Shown: positions 25,596-38,645 of the stretch, one piece after another
How the letters are laid out: every line of letters starts with the position of its first letter
Numbering within the stretch: position 1 is the stretch's first letter
Assembly (NCBI GenBank): GCA_904063045.1
Contig: CAJFCJ010000005.1
Coordinates: 3,811,689-3,875,688, forward strand
DNA: 64,000 bases
Direction of reading: 5' to 3'
Origin: Dimorphilus gyrociliatus
Lineage: Eukaryota; Animalia; Annelida
Made by a program: the position numbers and the translations under genes
The notes under the pieces: generated by a model
Databases searched by the model: none
Seen by the model: the letters and a program-made list of their open reading frames with translations, nothing else
What the model was told of the DNA's origin: nothing

Positions 25596-28373
25596 TTATT
25601 TCAAACAATGTTTCTTTTTCGCAATATCTTCTTTTTTACTTTCCGTTAAAGTCTCTTCGACTAAATGTCTTTTTCTACTCTCTTCATTCAAACAATTCAT
25701 AACTGTACCATATTTATTTATTGTCCAGCTTAGTGCTTCCGATTGAAATTTATCAAATGCGTTATCATTTATAAAACCAGTGAAAAATTCATCGCTTTTA
25801 TCATCACTATCTTCTTCTTCTAGTAGAGATTGTGGGAGTTTAACAACGGCAGGAGGATCTTTTAATTTGTAATCGTTGTTCAAACAGCAAATAATACGCC
25901 AAACAAGCTCACAAACTGAATGCGTATATAAAGTAATATTTCCTGTGCAATCCGACAGACCAGTTTCCTTAACAAACTTATAATTGACTCTTTCGTGGTA
26001 TAAAGATCTCGGAAAAGTTAAAAGTTGATTGTATAAGCCGCTGTAAAGATGGTTAATTAAAAAGAGAAGTAATGTTATTAATAATAATTCTTTAATTTCT
26101 ATGTATTATTTAAATAATATTCTTACTTACGATATAATCAAATTAACTGCTTCTTTTTTTAGACGAGACCGAACATGCTCTGATTAATTTTGTAACAAAA
26201 ATATAAATTGAATCAAGTACAGATTCTTTTTTTTTTTTGTATTGTAAGCCTATACAAACCCCATTTGACTAATTCCTCAAATTCAGTATCACTTTTGTAG
26301 ATTGGTTCATCAAAGAATAGCTTGAAGAGAGAGAGACAGAAAAGAGAATTATATATTAATACTTATGTACACTATATATTTGTATAATAATAGAATGCTA
26401 TCACTGTTTTCTTTTTTTAATAAGTAAATAAATATAACAATATATAACAATTGTATTAATAAAAGATTAGTATTAAGTTAACGGTTTAAGAAAGATTTAT
26501 GACTATTGAATAAATTAGTAAAACCTTACTTGAATAAACTTAACCAGATTGGGACAACATCCGTTAAAGGAAATTGTAAATTCAAAAAACTTATCACATT
26601 GTCTCTATTCAATGAAAAAGAGTGTGAATTTTAAGATCTTTATTACTACTAATAATAATAAAAGTATGTATATACTAATAGTAAGTTCCAATTTCTCTCC
26701 GTAAGTTGTAAATTAAGATCAAAAGCGCCTTCAATAAAATTTCTAAACCCAATACTTATCTGAAAATTTAGATTATATAAGTACTTTCTGAAATGTCAAA
26801 CCTTGAAAAAAGTGTTCAAGTTTTTTTTTTAAAAAAAAAAGAAGATAACTCCAATTTTTTTTTATAAATAGAACTACATACGGCGTAGGCGTCGGTTGAC
26901 CTTACTTCTAAGTAATCTAGTGCGAATCCGTACATTTCTAATGTTTGGCTGATGTCCAGACGACCAAAAGTGTTATATATTTGTTCATCCTACACAAAAG
27001 AAAGGTTGTTGAGCGTGAAAATTTTAAAGCTAAAGACAGTAAACAATTGAAGTACCTTTTTGACGTGCTTCACTGCTACTAATAAAACGCAATCGGTATG
27101 CTTAGAAGCGTATTTTAAGCATGCATTATTTTCTGGATGATGATTTAAAGCATCGGCAACAGGAATCATTGCAGTCGTATTATTTTCCAACGTAAAACTA
27201 AGTGTAAACAAGGGAGAATAGATTAACTACATTTAAAGAACTGTTTGAGTAGAAGAAAACAAATCTTTGCAACATAACGCACACCTGTAAGACATTATGA
27301 AGGCGATGGTTTCCAAGAATGTTTTTTTAGCTGCCAATAAACTATCTGAGCTTCTGTTAAAAGTTCGCCGGCTTGATATAATTGCACTGCTGTTACGTTA
27401 AAAATAACTCGTACTGACATATAGTTTTCATTTTCGTTTAGATAAGGTAGAGCAGCCTTTTGCCAATCTTCCCGTACATTTTTTCTATCCCTGTCTATTC
27501 TTCCGTAAACTGGACTACCGCGAAGGGCGCTCTCAAAATATTTTCTGGTACGAATTATCCCAATACATTATTTGTTTTGGTATCTATTTATATTCAATTA
27601 CCTGGAAAAGAGAATAGGGTGCAGGGGGCAGTGTACCGAGGGGAATACTTGTAAATATTTTGACCATTTTGATTCGTTATTGACTTTCTCTTTCATTATT
27701 GTTAGTGCTAGACCAGCCCATTTGCGATACTGGAATTCTGACAATTTATCTTTATCGGATTCTAGAATTCTAGATTTTGGTATCTTTGCTAAAATTTCAT
27801 TTCGTTTTATATCTTCAGAACAAACCATTCCGATTTGCTGAGACTTTCCCAGCCATTTTAGTTTGACCTATATTAAGTAAAGAATGTTTGAAAACATCAA
27901 CTTTTATAGAAAATGACTTTGTAACGTTTGGGAAGCAAATAGAAGAGAAATATTTATTATGTAATATAAACATTACACAGATGTTTGAGGCTTTATGAAA
28001 TCACACTTTTTAGTATCAATAATCACAATACAGTTGAGAAAAGCCTGTTGCCTTACAGATGGGAAGCGTATATTCGATTATGCATAGAGAGTAAACTTGT
28101 AAATTCTGGAATAGTTTTCCATTTTTTTTTGACGTTTAAATTATTTAAGTGCAAAAGAAGAAAAATAATATTTCTTTTCTGCACATGGATTTGAGCGATA
28201 TTATGCGAATGTATAAATGATTAATAATCGTTCAAAAAGAAAACAAAGTATTTAACAAATTTGTAACAAACTTTTGGATTAAATTTTATTTCTTTAAAAT
28301 TGTTTTTTGATTTGCACCATGAAATGAATTCATTGATTGATCTTTCTCCTCTTTCGAATAAATCGCTATCCAT
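25596..28373 (-). CDS. SETD6: SET-domain lysine methyltransferase, SETD6-like
   Basis: Exons 28373-28272 (EFISWC), 27867-27602, 27544-27419, 27353-27285 (FLETIAFIMSYS), 27197-27056 (MIPVADALNHH), 26989-26882 (IYNTFG...MYGF), 26759-26676, 26604-26530, 26320-26260, 26179-26131, 26040-25596; all GT-AG and phase-consistent. Motifs align with SETD6 (MVPAADILNH, EIFNTYG, YGF). Confidence 0.85.
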
Positions 28374-28940
28374 TTCTAATTTTTATAATTTTCCAATAAA
28401 GCGGTAAAATAATCAGCAATCTCAAATGTAAACTGGTAGTAAATAGCCGCAATATTTATATATTCTTTGTTCTTTAAGGAGAAGATAAAGTTCACAAAAT
28501 AAGCTATCTTATATAATATAAAACATTATGACTAAATAAGCATTAATTTAGAACAATATAGTAATATTAATAATTCATAATCTAGAAAGATATATAGTCT
28601 TTTTCCATTTATATAAAAATGGCACGTAAGGTGGTATTAATCATCTTTTCTTAGCATATATATATATAAAGATTTATCTATTACATTTGTACTTTTAATT
28701 GGAAGTTTAAAAAATCTTTAAGTGGTAGGGGTCGCAATATTTTTTTTCACATTTTTTTTAATAATCAGCAGCATGCACAACGGTTTTCTGTCTGAACTAT
28801 GAAAAAAAAACAACTACGAACACTTCACATTTATAAAAAAACACTTCTTTGCTGGTGTTGTTTCTCTTTTTTTTTTCTTTTTACATGAAAAAATGTGTTC
28901 CCCCGTCAGCACCAAAAAAAAAGGAATATGAACTGTTTCT

Positions 28941-31400
28941 TTAACGGCTTAAACTGTGAGATCGTTCCCTTTCCGTGAAAGTTTTCTCCTCAGGAGATAG
29001 CTTGTCGAAGAAAGGATGTTTTAATGCTTCTGATAATTCTAGCCTATGCCTTGGATCGAATTCTAACATTTTTTCAACCATATCGAATAGTTGCCTGTGT
29101 TCGTCACTCTCGTCTAAGATATATCTCTGGAAGAGGGCAGAAAAGAAAACAAATATATTAAACGATTATATAAATTGATAATATAATTAATTATAAGATA
29201 GATTGTAATTATATGATTATTTAAATAAACAGAAAAAAATAATCTATAAAAAGACTTAGTGAGTAACAGAAACAAACGAGGATGAGTTTAGGTAAAAACC
29301 AGTAGTCCTATTTACATACCCTAAGAGGTTTACACGTACTTCTTACAAACATTTCGGACGAATTACTTCCTTCCCAGATTAATTTTTCATTGTTAAAATA
29401 TCGCCCTTTCCTGTAAATTGAGTGGGTTAGAAGGTTTAAACGGGTTAGAAAAAAGTTTAGTCAACAGCAAAGTCAGAAAAAAATATAGAGTCAAAGTATG
29501 GAGAATTAAATAAAAAACATTATAAAACACAATAAAAGAGTCAGTAATAAGGATTTTAAAACGGAAATAGTATAAAAAGAAATATCGCCGTAAACACAGC
29601 AAAATAATTCCAGATTTTTTTTTTTATTAAAAAAAAAATTCCTCGTTTTTCTCTCTGACTTACATGTATAGGTTTACACATTTCCCTAACGTAGCGACCC
29701 GCCGAAGTTTGAGGGTCCCATTCTAGTCGACCGTGCCAGAAGTAGCCGGTTCTATAGTAATAACTCTGGATAATATCTCTTCATCTTTGTATATATATAT
29801 ATTTTTTTTGGTCTTTTAACCCCCCCACCCCTTCTCCCTTTTTCTGTAAATCCTTCCCTCCCATAACTATGTTTTTTTCCCATTACCCTTTTGGGAGAGT
29901 TTTATCCCTTTATACTTGATGAGGGAGGACAATTGTTGTTGAGATTGATTGAATATAATTGATATATTGTTTTTTTTTGTATAAATGACTCACATAATTA
30001 TAAATAGATTTGTTTGTAACAAACTTACTTTGTCTTTCTAGCCATTCTATACGGAATAGTACCCAGAATTCTCTCCATCATAGCCAAATGTTCCCTGTTA
30101 TCGTGAGTTTGAAAGAGTGTGTAACCAGTATAGAATTCAAACATAATGCAACCAATACTCCAAACGTCGCAGGGTTGAGACCAACCAAGCTCCAGAATTA
30201 CTTCTGGTGCTCTATAGTGTCTTGTAGATACAATCGTACTGTGATGCTCATCATCGAAAGTCGCTGAGCCGAAGTCAATTAGTCTTATATTAGTTTTCTT
30301 TACCCGCTTATAAGCTTTTTTCTTTTTCTCATTAAAAATTACGTCAAAATCGGATGAAACGAATAAAATATTTTCGGGTTTTAAATCAGTATGGGTCAGG
30401 TTATTTTCGTGCAGAAAAGCAACGGCCGAACATAGTTGATAAGCCATATGTCGAACTTGATAAAGAGGGTACGGGGCGTAGTTATTATTCTTTAAGAAAT
30501 CGAACACGCTTAGGCCTAGCACCTCAAAAGCTATGCACGTGTGACCGTGATAGTCGAAGAAATCATCCATTCCTACACAAAGACTGTGATGGAAAGAAAA
30601 AAAAAAACAAATCTTTATATGATTAAGTGATGACCTTGGTGTGCAATTTTTTCTCTCTCATTTTTAATTAAAAGCATACATTTAAGAAAAGCTACAGAAG
30701 AGGATATACAGTATAGATAAATAAATATATATATATACTTAGCGACGCTCTACTGCCCTACTAGGGTTTAAGGTCTAATTGAATAAGTATAAATTATATA
30801 AATTGTGCATTATTTCTCTATTTGCTCTCCCTCTCTCTCTTTCTGCACTTTCTCCCTTCCTATAGCCTTTATATGAGAAAGAGAATAACTTGATGCATGC
30901 TAATAAAAAAAGAGGTGAGACTATGCAGTAAAAAAGAAGGGTATATTCTTCCTGTACCGGCCACTAACCCTTGTAACCTCTAGCTGAAAGATGCGTCACG
31001 TGACAGTTACAAAAATAGCAAAAGGGGTTATCGAGAAACAAAAAAGAAGATTTGTTTTTTACTTACTTTTTTCCTCCTCCTTTCCATGTATTAATTGATT
31101 TAAGAACGTTAATTTCCAATTTGGCGGCTTCTCTATATTTATCAACATTCTTAATTATTTTTAAGGCTATAACTTCATTATTATTTCTAGTATCCCGGCA
31201 TTCCGCAACTTTACCAAATGTTCCTTCTCCCAGGGTTCGTAAAATTTCATCTAAGAGAAAGATTAATAGGAAAATATTATATATTGAATATTTTGAAAGT
31301 GGACTTATAAATAATTATTACATCTTGATCTTATTTTATCTCCTATAGAGTATTTTAAATGTCCATCTTCATCGTCGACAATAGATGGAGCTCTTGAATT
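28941..31400 (-). CDS. CLK: CLK/Doa (LAMMER) dual-specificity kinase, catalytic exons
   Basis: Exons 31400-31322 ([10 protein letters not shown]), 31250-31067 ([15 protein letters not shown]), 30583-30029 ([24 protein letters not shown]), alternative 29751-29664 or 29410-29320, 29126-28941 (ends ERSHSLSR*). The first exon is uncertain. Confidence 0.95.
29320..29410 (-). CDS. CLK: CLK alternative exon B ([30 protein letters not shown]), diverged duplicate
   Basis: ttacag|G...AGG|gtatgt; 91 nt; same phases as exon A; keeps YF, L.W, (Y/F)VR and CKP. Confidence 0.8.
29664..29751 (-). CDS. CLK: CLK alternative exon A ([29 protein letters not shown]), canonical type
   Basis: tatag|A...CAT|gtaagt; 88 nt; phase 2 in, phase 0 out; closely matches vertebrate CLK2 [26 protein letters not shown]. 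Confidence 0.9.
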
Positions 31401-32187
31401 CTGTTTTGAATATATAATTGATATACTGAACATGTGTGTATAAAACACAAAATTATCTATATATATATATATATATATAACACTTTAATAAATAACATAT
31501 ATTTAAATGCTTTTTTCAAAATTTTCTCTCTTATTTACCTTTATACTTTCGAATAAACAGTCGAAAAGTAAGATTTTTTTAACGAACATTTTAGAAAAAA
31601 GAACAGAACATGACGTTACGCTACGTTCGATTATTTCAGAATGGTGTTAACTAGTTTTCCGGTGTTTTCCCAATACGTTCTTATTAACAATCGTTGCAAG
31701 GAATTCCCCAGTATGGTGCAAGGTTCAAACATACTGATAATATGGTATTCTGTTCACATTTTCAAAAACTTTTTGACGATTTCAAACGTGAGATTTTTAT
31801 TGAATAAGGGTAAAAGTATAAGACAGGTAGGAGAAGAAAGTGGAGGAATAAATGCAATCAATTCAAGAGATCTGCGGGATGCTTAAGAAGATTGGGTTAG
31901 CAAGGAATGAATCAAAAGTTCCGCCTATAATTAGGTTTTTTTTGCTTTTTTTTGCTTTTTCTAGCTAGGCCTATATTACTAAGTTAGATATAAATTTACT
32001 GACTCCCTCTCTCATTTACTAACCCATTCTCTATTTATTCCTCTCTCTCTCTCTCTCTCTTTTAAAAAGCTGTATGCATACATATATAAACATACAGACG
32101 CCGACACATACACACATATGCATAAGCATATATACAGTATATACAGTATATAGTTATATTCTATTTCTATCTATCTATCTATCTATT

Positions 32188-32228
<41 letters not shown>

Positions 32229-32606
32229 CATTCTGTTTCATGTTGCCCTCATCTTTTAATCTCCTCACTCTATAAAAATCAAGTAAACATTAAAAGTGAT
32301 ATTTAACATGGTGGAAATCTGAATATTTGACATCTCGGATTCAAGCGTTTCCACGCGGGGGCGCTCTTGGTAAAAAATAGAATCAGAAATTCGGGAATAG
32401 ATTGAAAAATCGATAACGCTCTATCTATGGTAGCGCTGTCTGTTGCTGCGTCGATCCTGATGTCAAATTATTGATAATTTTTTAAATACATGATTAATGT
32501 TTGTAGGACTACAGTTATTAGTTATATTATTGATCATACGTTTAGAGTAAAATCTATATTGGGGATTTTTAACTAAGAGGAAGCGTGATTATATAAAAAT
32601 GGAAAC

Positions 32607-32711
32607 CTGATTCGTAGATTCGTTTGAGCTAGGCATATCTTGTACTCTCCATAATTGATTTGTATCATCGACCCTTTTCCTAGTTTGCTGATTCGTTTCA
32701 TCCACTCTCAT
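32607..32711 (-). CDS. Candidate first coding exon of CLK (MRVDETNQQTRKRVDDTNQLWRVQDMPSSNESTNQ)
   Basis: 35 open codons from ATG to a phase-0 donor CAG|gtttcc, compatible with the phase-0 acceptor at 31400; internal repeat RVD(E/D)TNQ. No homology recognised. Confidence 0.4.
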
Positions 32712-32841
32712 TCTTTACCAAGTTCCGGATAGAGTAAGCAGGCACGCAGAGGTTTGCGGCGGACAAAAATAACTACATTACCATTTCGCCAGCTACCGCA
32801 AAGTACACTGCATTATGCAGCCTGGTACCCTTCTAGTTTTC

Positions 32842-32855
32842 GTTGTCATGGCAAC
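32842..32855. promoter_or_regulatory. RFX X-box (GTTGTCATGGCAAC)
   Basis: Exact match to the GTHNYY-AT-RRNAAC X-box consensus, about 130 bp upstream of the candidate CLK first exon. Confidence 0.6.
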
Positions 32856-33062
32856 TACCCCTCTTTGTACGAGCAACCCGTACTTTCATTCAGCTGATAG
32901 CCTTGGTTAAATAAAAGATATAGTAATGGTAAACTAATAATTTCTCTAACTTTATAATAAATCAAGAGATTTGAACGAAGCAATATCAAAAAACTTTTAT
33001 TTCAGTGTAATAAAAAATTGAATAAACGATAAGAAGAGTGAGTGATTGAATGAATGAGTAAT

Positions 33063-33095
<33 letters not shown>

Positions 33096-33561
33096 AGAAA
33101 GAAAAGAAAGAAATAAATAAAAGAATAAAGGAACAAAGAAAAAAAAGCACCAAATAAGAAAATGATATAAAACGTTATATACTAATATGTATATATATAT
33201 ACCGTATTAGTATATTTATACACATATATACTTATGCATAGATGCATTTTTATGAGTAGATGAAAGTATACTATAAATGATATACTTCAATCATTGTTTG
33301 CTTACTAATAAATAGAAAATATGATATAAATATACTACGTACTACATATGTATAATTTCAATAAAAAGTATTAATAGGTATAATTAAGATAGTTAATTTT
33401 ACAATTTATTATAATAGACTGTGTAAAATAGAGAATTTTTTCATTGTTTTGACTAAATAGCACACTTTTTTAGTTTTATTTTTTTAATCATGTTAATATT
33501 ATTAATTCTTCTTCTCTTTCTTTTATTTTCTTGTAGTTTCTTGTATAACAAACTCTTTGAT

Positions 33562-36500
33562 TTATAGTCCAACGTTTTGTAGAAATATTGGATCTACAAA
33601 GGCTAGCTTTGCAGCTAAAAATGAGTGTAAGCAGAATATAATTGCAAACATTTTTGTACTCTCAATCTTTCTGGTTTCGATCATCCCATTTTCATTTGTA
33701 AAATTCATCATTAGTGCACTCTTTCCGTCATCTCGGGAACTTTTCAATTGAGAGAACTGATAGGCCCATTCGTTGTTCTAGTAAGAAAAACAAAAATAGA
33801 AATAGAGAGAGAGAGAGAGAGAGAGAATAAGATGATAAGATCAGAGAGAAAGAAAAACGTAATTTTCTCTACCTTTGTATCATTATCATAGAGTGCTATA
33901 CCACCATCCAAATCCAGGGTTAAACCGCAAAGTCTATCATTCCACGAGCACCCGTAAGTAATATTCTGTACGACAACATTAATAATCTTAATAAAACGAT
34001 ATAAGACCTTTGCCATCCTTATTTTATTATAGGATACGAGTTTTTACTTTATTAACCTGTATTGTTGTCACCGCTGTAGCATTGGCGCAATGCCAGGCTT
34101 TTTCCAGTTTTAGCAGTTGTTGTCGAGAATCGACGCTCATGTAACATTTCTGAACCGTTTGAGTTACTTTATTACATTTAGCGTTTTCTATTATACAACA
34201 ATATTTTCTGTCGTCCGCACACTCGGATTGCTGAAATGTATGTACATAAAAATATACTATAGATGGCGCCACAAGTCAATTATTTAAATTAAGCATCATT
34301 AACGATGGGAGGAAGAAGGGGGAAGGGGGGGGGGTTGAGAAGAAGTAAATTAGTAATTTTTTCAACTAGAAATTACCTTTAGAATTCTAAAAACGGATTC
34401 GTATATTTTGAATGTTTTTTCTGGAACTTCCCAATCATCCCGACTTGCCTAGATTTAGGGAAAAATAGAACAAGAAAATTAAATGAATTAGTTTGGTTTT
34501 GATTGGACCAAAAGCTTAATTCTCTTTTACCGGAGGCTGTTCGAAAAGATAAACATCCATTCCGCATAAACAGAGGAAAGTCGGTGCCCAAGCAACATTA
34601 GTTATCTTCTCCTTAACCCAACTCATAAACATGACCTTTTAAAAAATTTATAAGGTTGATGTAGGAGTAGCTCATTTTCAATCAATAAATAATATATCAT
34701 AAAATTTTATAAAGTATATATATATATATATATATTAGTATATCTATATATGAAGAATGAAAAATAAACCTGCTTGGAGGGATATATTGAGTTATTAAAC
34801 TCTTTCATCCGTTTATAATTCAAGGCACTAATATTATTAAATATATCGTTAAACCATTCCGAACACGAGAAGGCGTTTTCGCACATAATTAGACCGCTGT
34901 GTATTGAATCGTTTGCACTTTGAATTTGGAAGCTTGTAGAACCTTTTTCTCCTTCTGATAAACTTATATGAGCGAATAATAATGGTATGGTTGTAGACAA
35001 TTTCCATTCCTTCTTTATTGGGGCCAACGGTACGTGCTGGTCGTCTATCTGTACAGAAGAAAATTGATCGACGCCCCCGTAAAAAGCGAATCTTTTGCAT
35101 TTGTAGAATGGGAAAAAAAGTGCAAGGGAAAATTGGGTATAAAAAAAACTGGGTACCAACTTCTATATTGTCATTTTCGATCTCCAATTGCTTCCCCATG
35201 CCAGCTATTTGAGTAAAAACAGAAAAAGAAGGAAATTATTAAGGAACTGTATTACACATAAAATATAGATATTCGAAAGAATGTATTATTAAGAATATTT
35301 ATTAAATTCAAGATGCTTTAGAGGGGAAACGGGCTATGAGAAAAAGCTCTAGTCTTAAAACGAAAAGACTAGATAAAGGATCATTACCATTATCGTTCTC
35401 TCGATCTTGTTGGCCTAGGAATAGTGAGGCTGGACGAAAGTATTTAACGACTAGAGTAACATCGTTGCCGGCGTGCTTTAGGCACTGTACGGCTTCGTCA
35501 TGACGCAATTTTGTAACATTCGCCCCGTTTACAGATAGAATAGCGTCTCCAACGTATAAAGATCTTGTCCTATCCGCTGCTTGGCCCTTAAATATCCGAG
35601 AGATGAGTATCGGTAGGTTATGTTCGTGTCCGCCTATTTTGATAATAAATTAAGCCTAATTAAACGTATGAGACTAATTTTTTTTCGTTAAACAAATAAA
35701 TTACCCTTAACGCTAATGCCCAAACCACCACCTCCTCTGTGAACGATAACTGTACGTTCCTGTTGTAAACAATTCTGTATTATATTTAATTATTCAAAAC
35801 GAGAAATGTCTTTGGCAGATAGATACAGACAGCTAAGAGTGAGACAGAGAAATCTAAGCGACGCTCGTATAAATAAGGCGAACGGGCCGTCTAATCGAAC
35901 CAAATCGGGTTTCATCGAATTCGGGCGATAGATATTGGATTTGCAAACAAAACTCGGCAAAGAGGTGCTCGAATTAGTTGCGATTCGACTAGGAAAGTTT
36001 GTCGGAAAACGCCCCCCTTCTCGATATCTTTTTCGCTTAGATTTTTCCTATCTTCATTCCTTTGGCCTATTTTTTTTTTTGACTTCTCTCCTTTTAAATT
36101 ATCCCAACCAAATTGAAATTTGAGTAGGATAAAAGGTAATTGGAGATAGTAACGATAGGGACCGCCAGTAGGGGCGGAAATATCTATTTATCTATGAACA
36201 TAAGAAATAGTAGAGACAAAAAAGGAGAAAAACACTTGGGAAATCCGATATAGACTCGCCTACTCCCAAGCAATCACAGTTCTATTGATATTCAATTCAA
36301 CTACAACTCGTTCATTTTAGCTCATCCTGAATAGACAAATCAATCAATATCGATTCGGACCGCCACTCACTTTCGATAATAGAGATGAGTCGATATCGTT
36401 TGGCTCCACGCAAACTAATTCTTCCCTGTGCAATTCCACTATGTCCCTACCCAGTCGTAACTTCATAGGCATTGCATTCGAATCCGTCTCTCCTCGAACC

Positions 36501-37368
36501 AGAACTAAGCCTTCTCTTTCCTAAAATATAAAATTTAAAAGAAAAAAGATTGGATATTATTAGATTTTTGAGAGAAAGAGAGGGAGAGATAAGGGGACAG
36601 AGACAGACACATAGAGAGAGAGAGAGAGAGGGAGAGAAAGAGAGAGAATTAAAAAGAAGATAAAGATGGGAAAGGGAAAAAAATCATCTTTTTTCTCTCT
36701 TTACGTTTAACGTATCAATTCTTTTCTATTCTTTGTACCAAAAGTTATTATGTATAAATTAGCTACTATTGTATATACTTTGCCCCCAGGCATTCGTGCC
36801 TTTGTATAAATATACGATCGCTTAGCCTGTTTCACTAGGCCTACGTATATCCATAACTTGGTCGACCAACAGTTAAGGAGAATGTTGTTTTGTTTTTTTT
36901 CTTCCATTTTTTATATAAGGTGCAAAGTATATTTTAATCCACTACAGAGAGATTAGCAAAGGATTGAAATGATTGGAAAGGATAATAGTTAAAATTCAAA
37001 GGAGGAGATAATACAGGAGCATGCTCTTGGATTCAAATACAGTCGCACACACTCATTTAAATATATATATACATACTCGCATACTCATATACTCATATTT
37101 GTATAGATAGATATACAGTATATATATATATATATTGGCAAACACTCAAAGGGTTTAAGAAAGAAGCAAAGAGAGCAAAATGAATGAGAAAAGGGTAGGG
37201 AAGGGGAAGGTTGGATGGTTGAGGGGTGGGGTGACAAAATGACATTTTATTAAAAGCTGTATTAACGGAGACGCGGAATATGAAAAAGAATAAGCTTAGA
37301 AATAAACTGATAACCTGCACGACGTGAACGTCCTCGACGAAAGGCCATTTAGTTCTATCCGCATTCAT
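33562..37368 (-). CDS. SNTG1: Gamma-syntrophin (split PH, PDZ, PH, SU domains)
   Basis: Exons 37368-37315 (start uncertain), 36520-36371, 35774-35705, 35633-35388 (PDZ: [22 protein letters not shown]...GDAILSVNG...HDEAVQCLK), 35204-35161, 35048-34770, 34635-34531, 34448-34377, 34230-34057, 33965-33873, 33777-33562 (SU: [12 protein letters not shown]...[14 protein letters not shown]). Confidence 0.92.
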
Positions 37369-38645
37369 ATCACAATCATCCAATTCGTACCGATTAATCT
37401 CTATCCGGTCGTTGTTTGTAAACGTTTTGGCAAACAAAGCAAAAAAATAGGGTAGTAGTAATAGTGGGAGGAGGGGGGAGGCGGGAAGGAAACCTAAGCG
37501 AATTTTCTAAAGCGCCGCATACAAAACACAGTCGGAATGGATGCTAATCTGTTCTAACCTAAGTTTGGCCGGCCTCAAGATTGGTTAGGCCTAGTTTGTA
37601 AACTCGCGTTTTTCTACGCGGTTTTCCGTTGCAAACGCTCGAGTATTCGTTAATTGATAGCAGATGCGATTTATAGGCGTTTTAGATGTAGTAACCAGTT
37701 TCCTCGAATATTTCTCTTTTATGGTTTACGTTAGAAGCTATTCGTTAAATAGGTGAAGAATGAGAGAAAAGATCGAGATGAAGAACTAAGGGTCGGAGAG
37801 AATGGGGGCCAAGGGGTTCATAATGAGAGAAGGGTGAATAGGGGTGGGAAAAAGTATGGATCATCTTTAATTAACGTTTTCATCAAGACATAATTTAATG
37901 ATTTTAATTCCCGATAAATCCGTAAATCAACTCAGTCCTTTTCTTCTCTCTTGACGCCTATTTCTTTTCTATTTCATAGTATGCACAGATAAGGGGAAAA
38001 AATATCTCCCTTCTCGATATAAAAACCAGACCAAGTGACTTGGTATTGACAAACTGACAAAGACGCACGTAAAGAAAGAAAATTGTCTGCTACACGCTTG
38101 CAAAACAAGTTTTGTGCATTTATAGCCCACATGCTGTATAATACGCAGTGAACATAATTCGTACTATAATTAGACGAAGAGGGGGAGAGAGAGAGATAGA
38201 GAGAGAGAGAGGGGGGGGGGGGTGAAAAAAGGAGCGTAAAAAGAAAATACAATCTTTTTAACTCTAATAGGCTGAAAGAGAAAGAAAATTGGTTGAACCA
38301 TTTTTTCTGTCTCTTTTCATTTCTAACCTGCAACATCTGTTCCAATAAATTTATTTTATTTAAAAAAGTAAAAGCGTCGCTTATCGGACGTCGTCTGCAT
38401 AATAATAGTGACACCGGCTGTTGAGAGATGGCGTTGCTGTAGCATAACTAGGTCCATCTTACCAAAATGTAAGAATTATGTAATATTGGGAATTGGTAAT
38501 ATAATGCGATATTTTGAATAAAGAACAGATCTGTTTACTAAATGTAATAGGCTTAGAATTAGCAGAAAAATTTGAGTCACGACTTTGGTGCCTTGGCCGT
38601 ATTGCTTTCTCCATGCATTCAATGAAATACAGTGATCGAGAAAAA

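Noticed and set aside
27387-27418. Apparent frameshift or 29-32-nt micro-intron in SETD6
   Set aside because: A normal 65-nt GT-AG intron (27418-27354) resolves the frame, so the gene is not a pseudogene.
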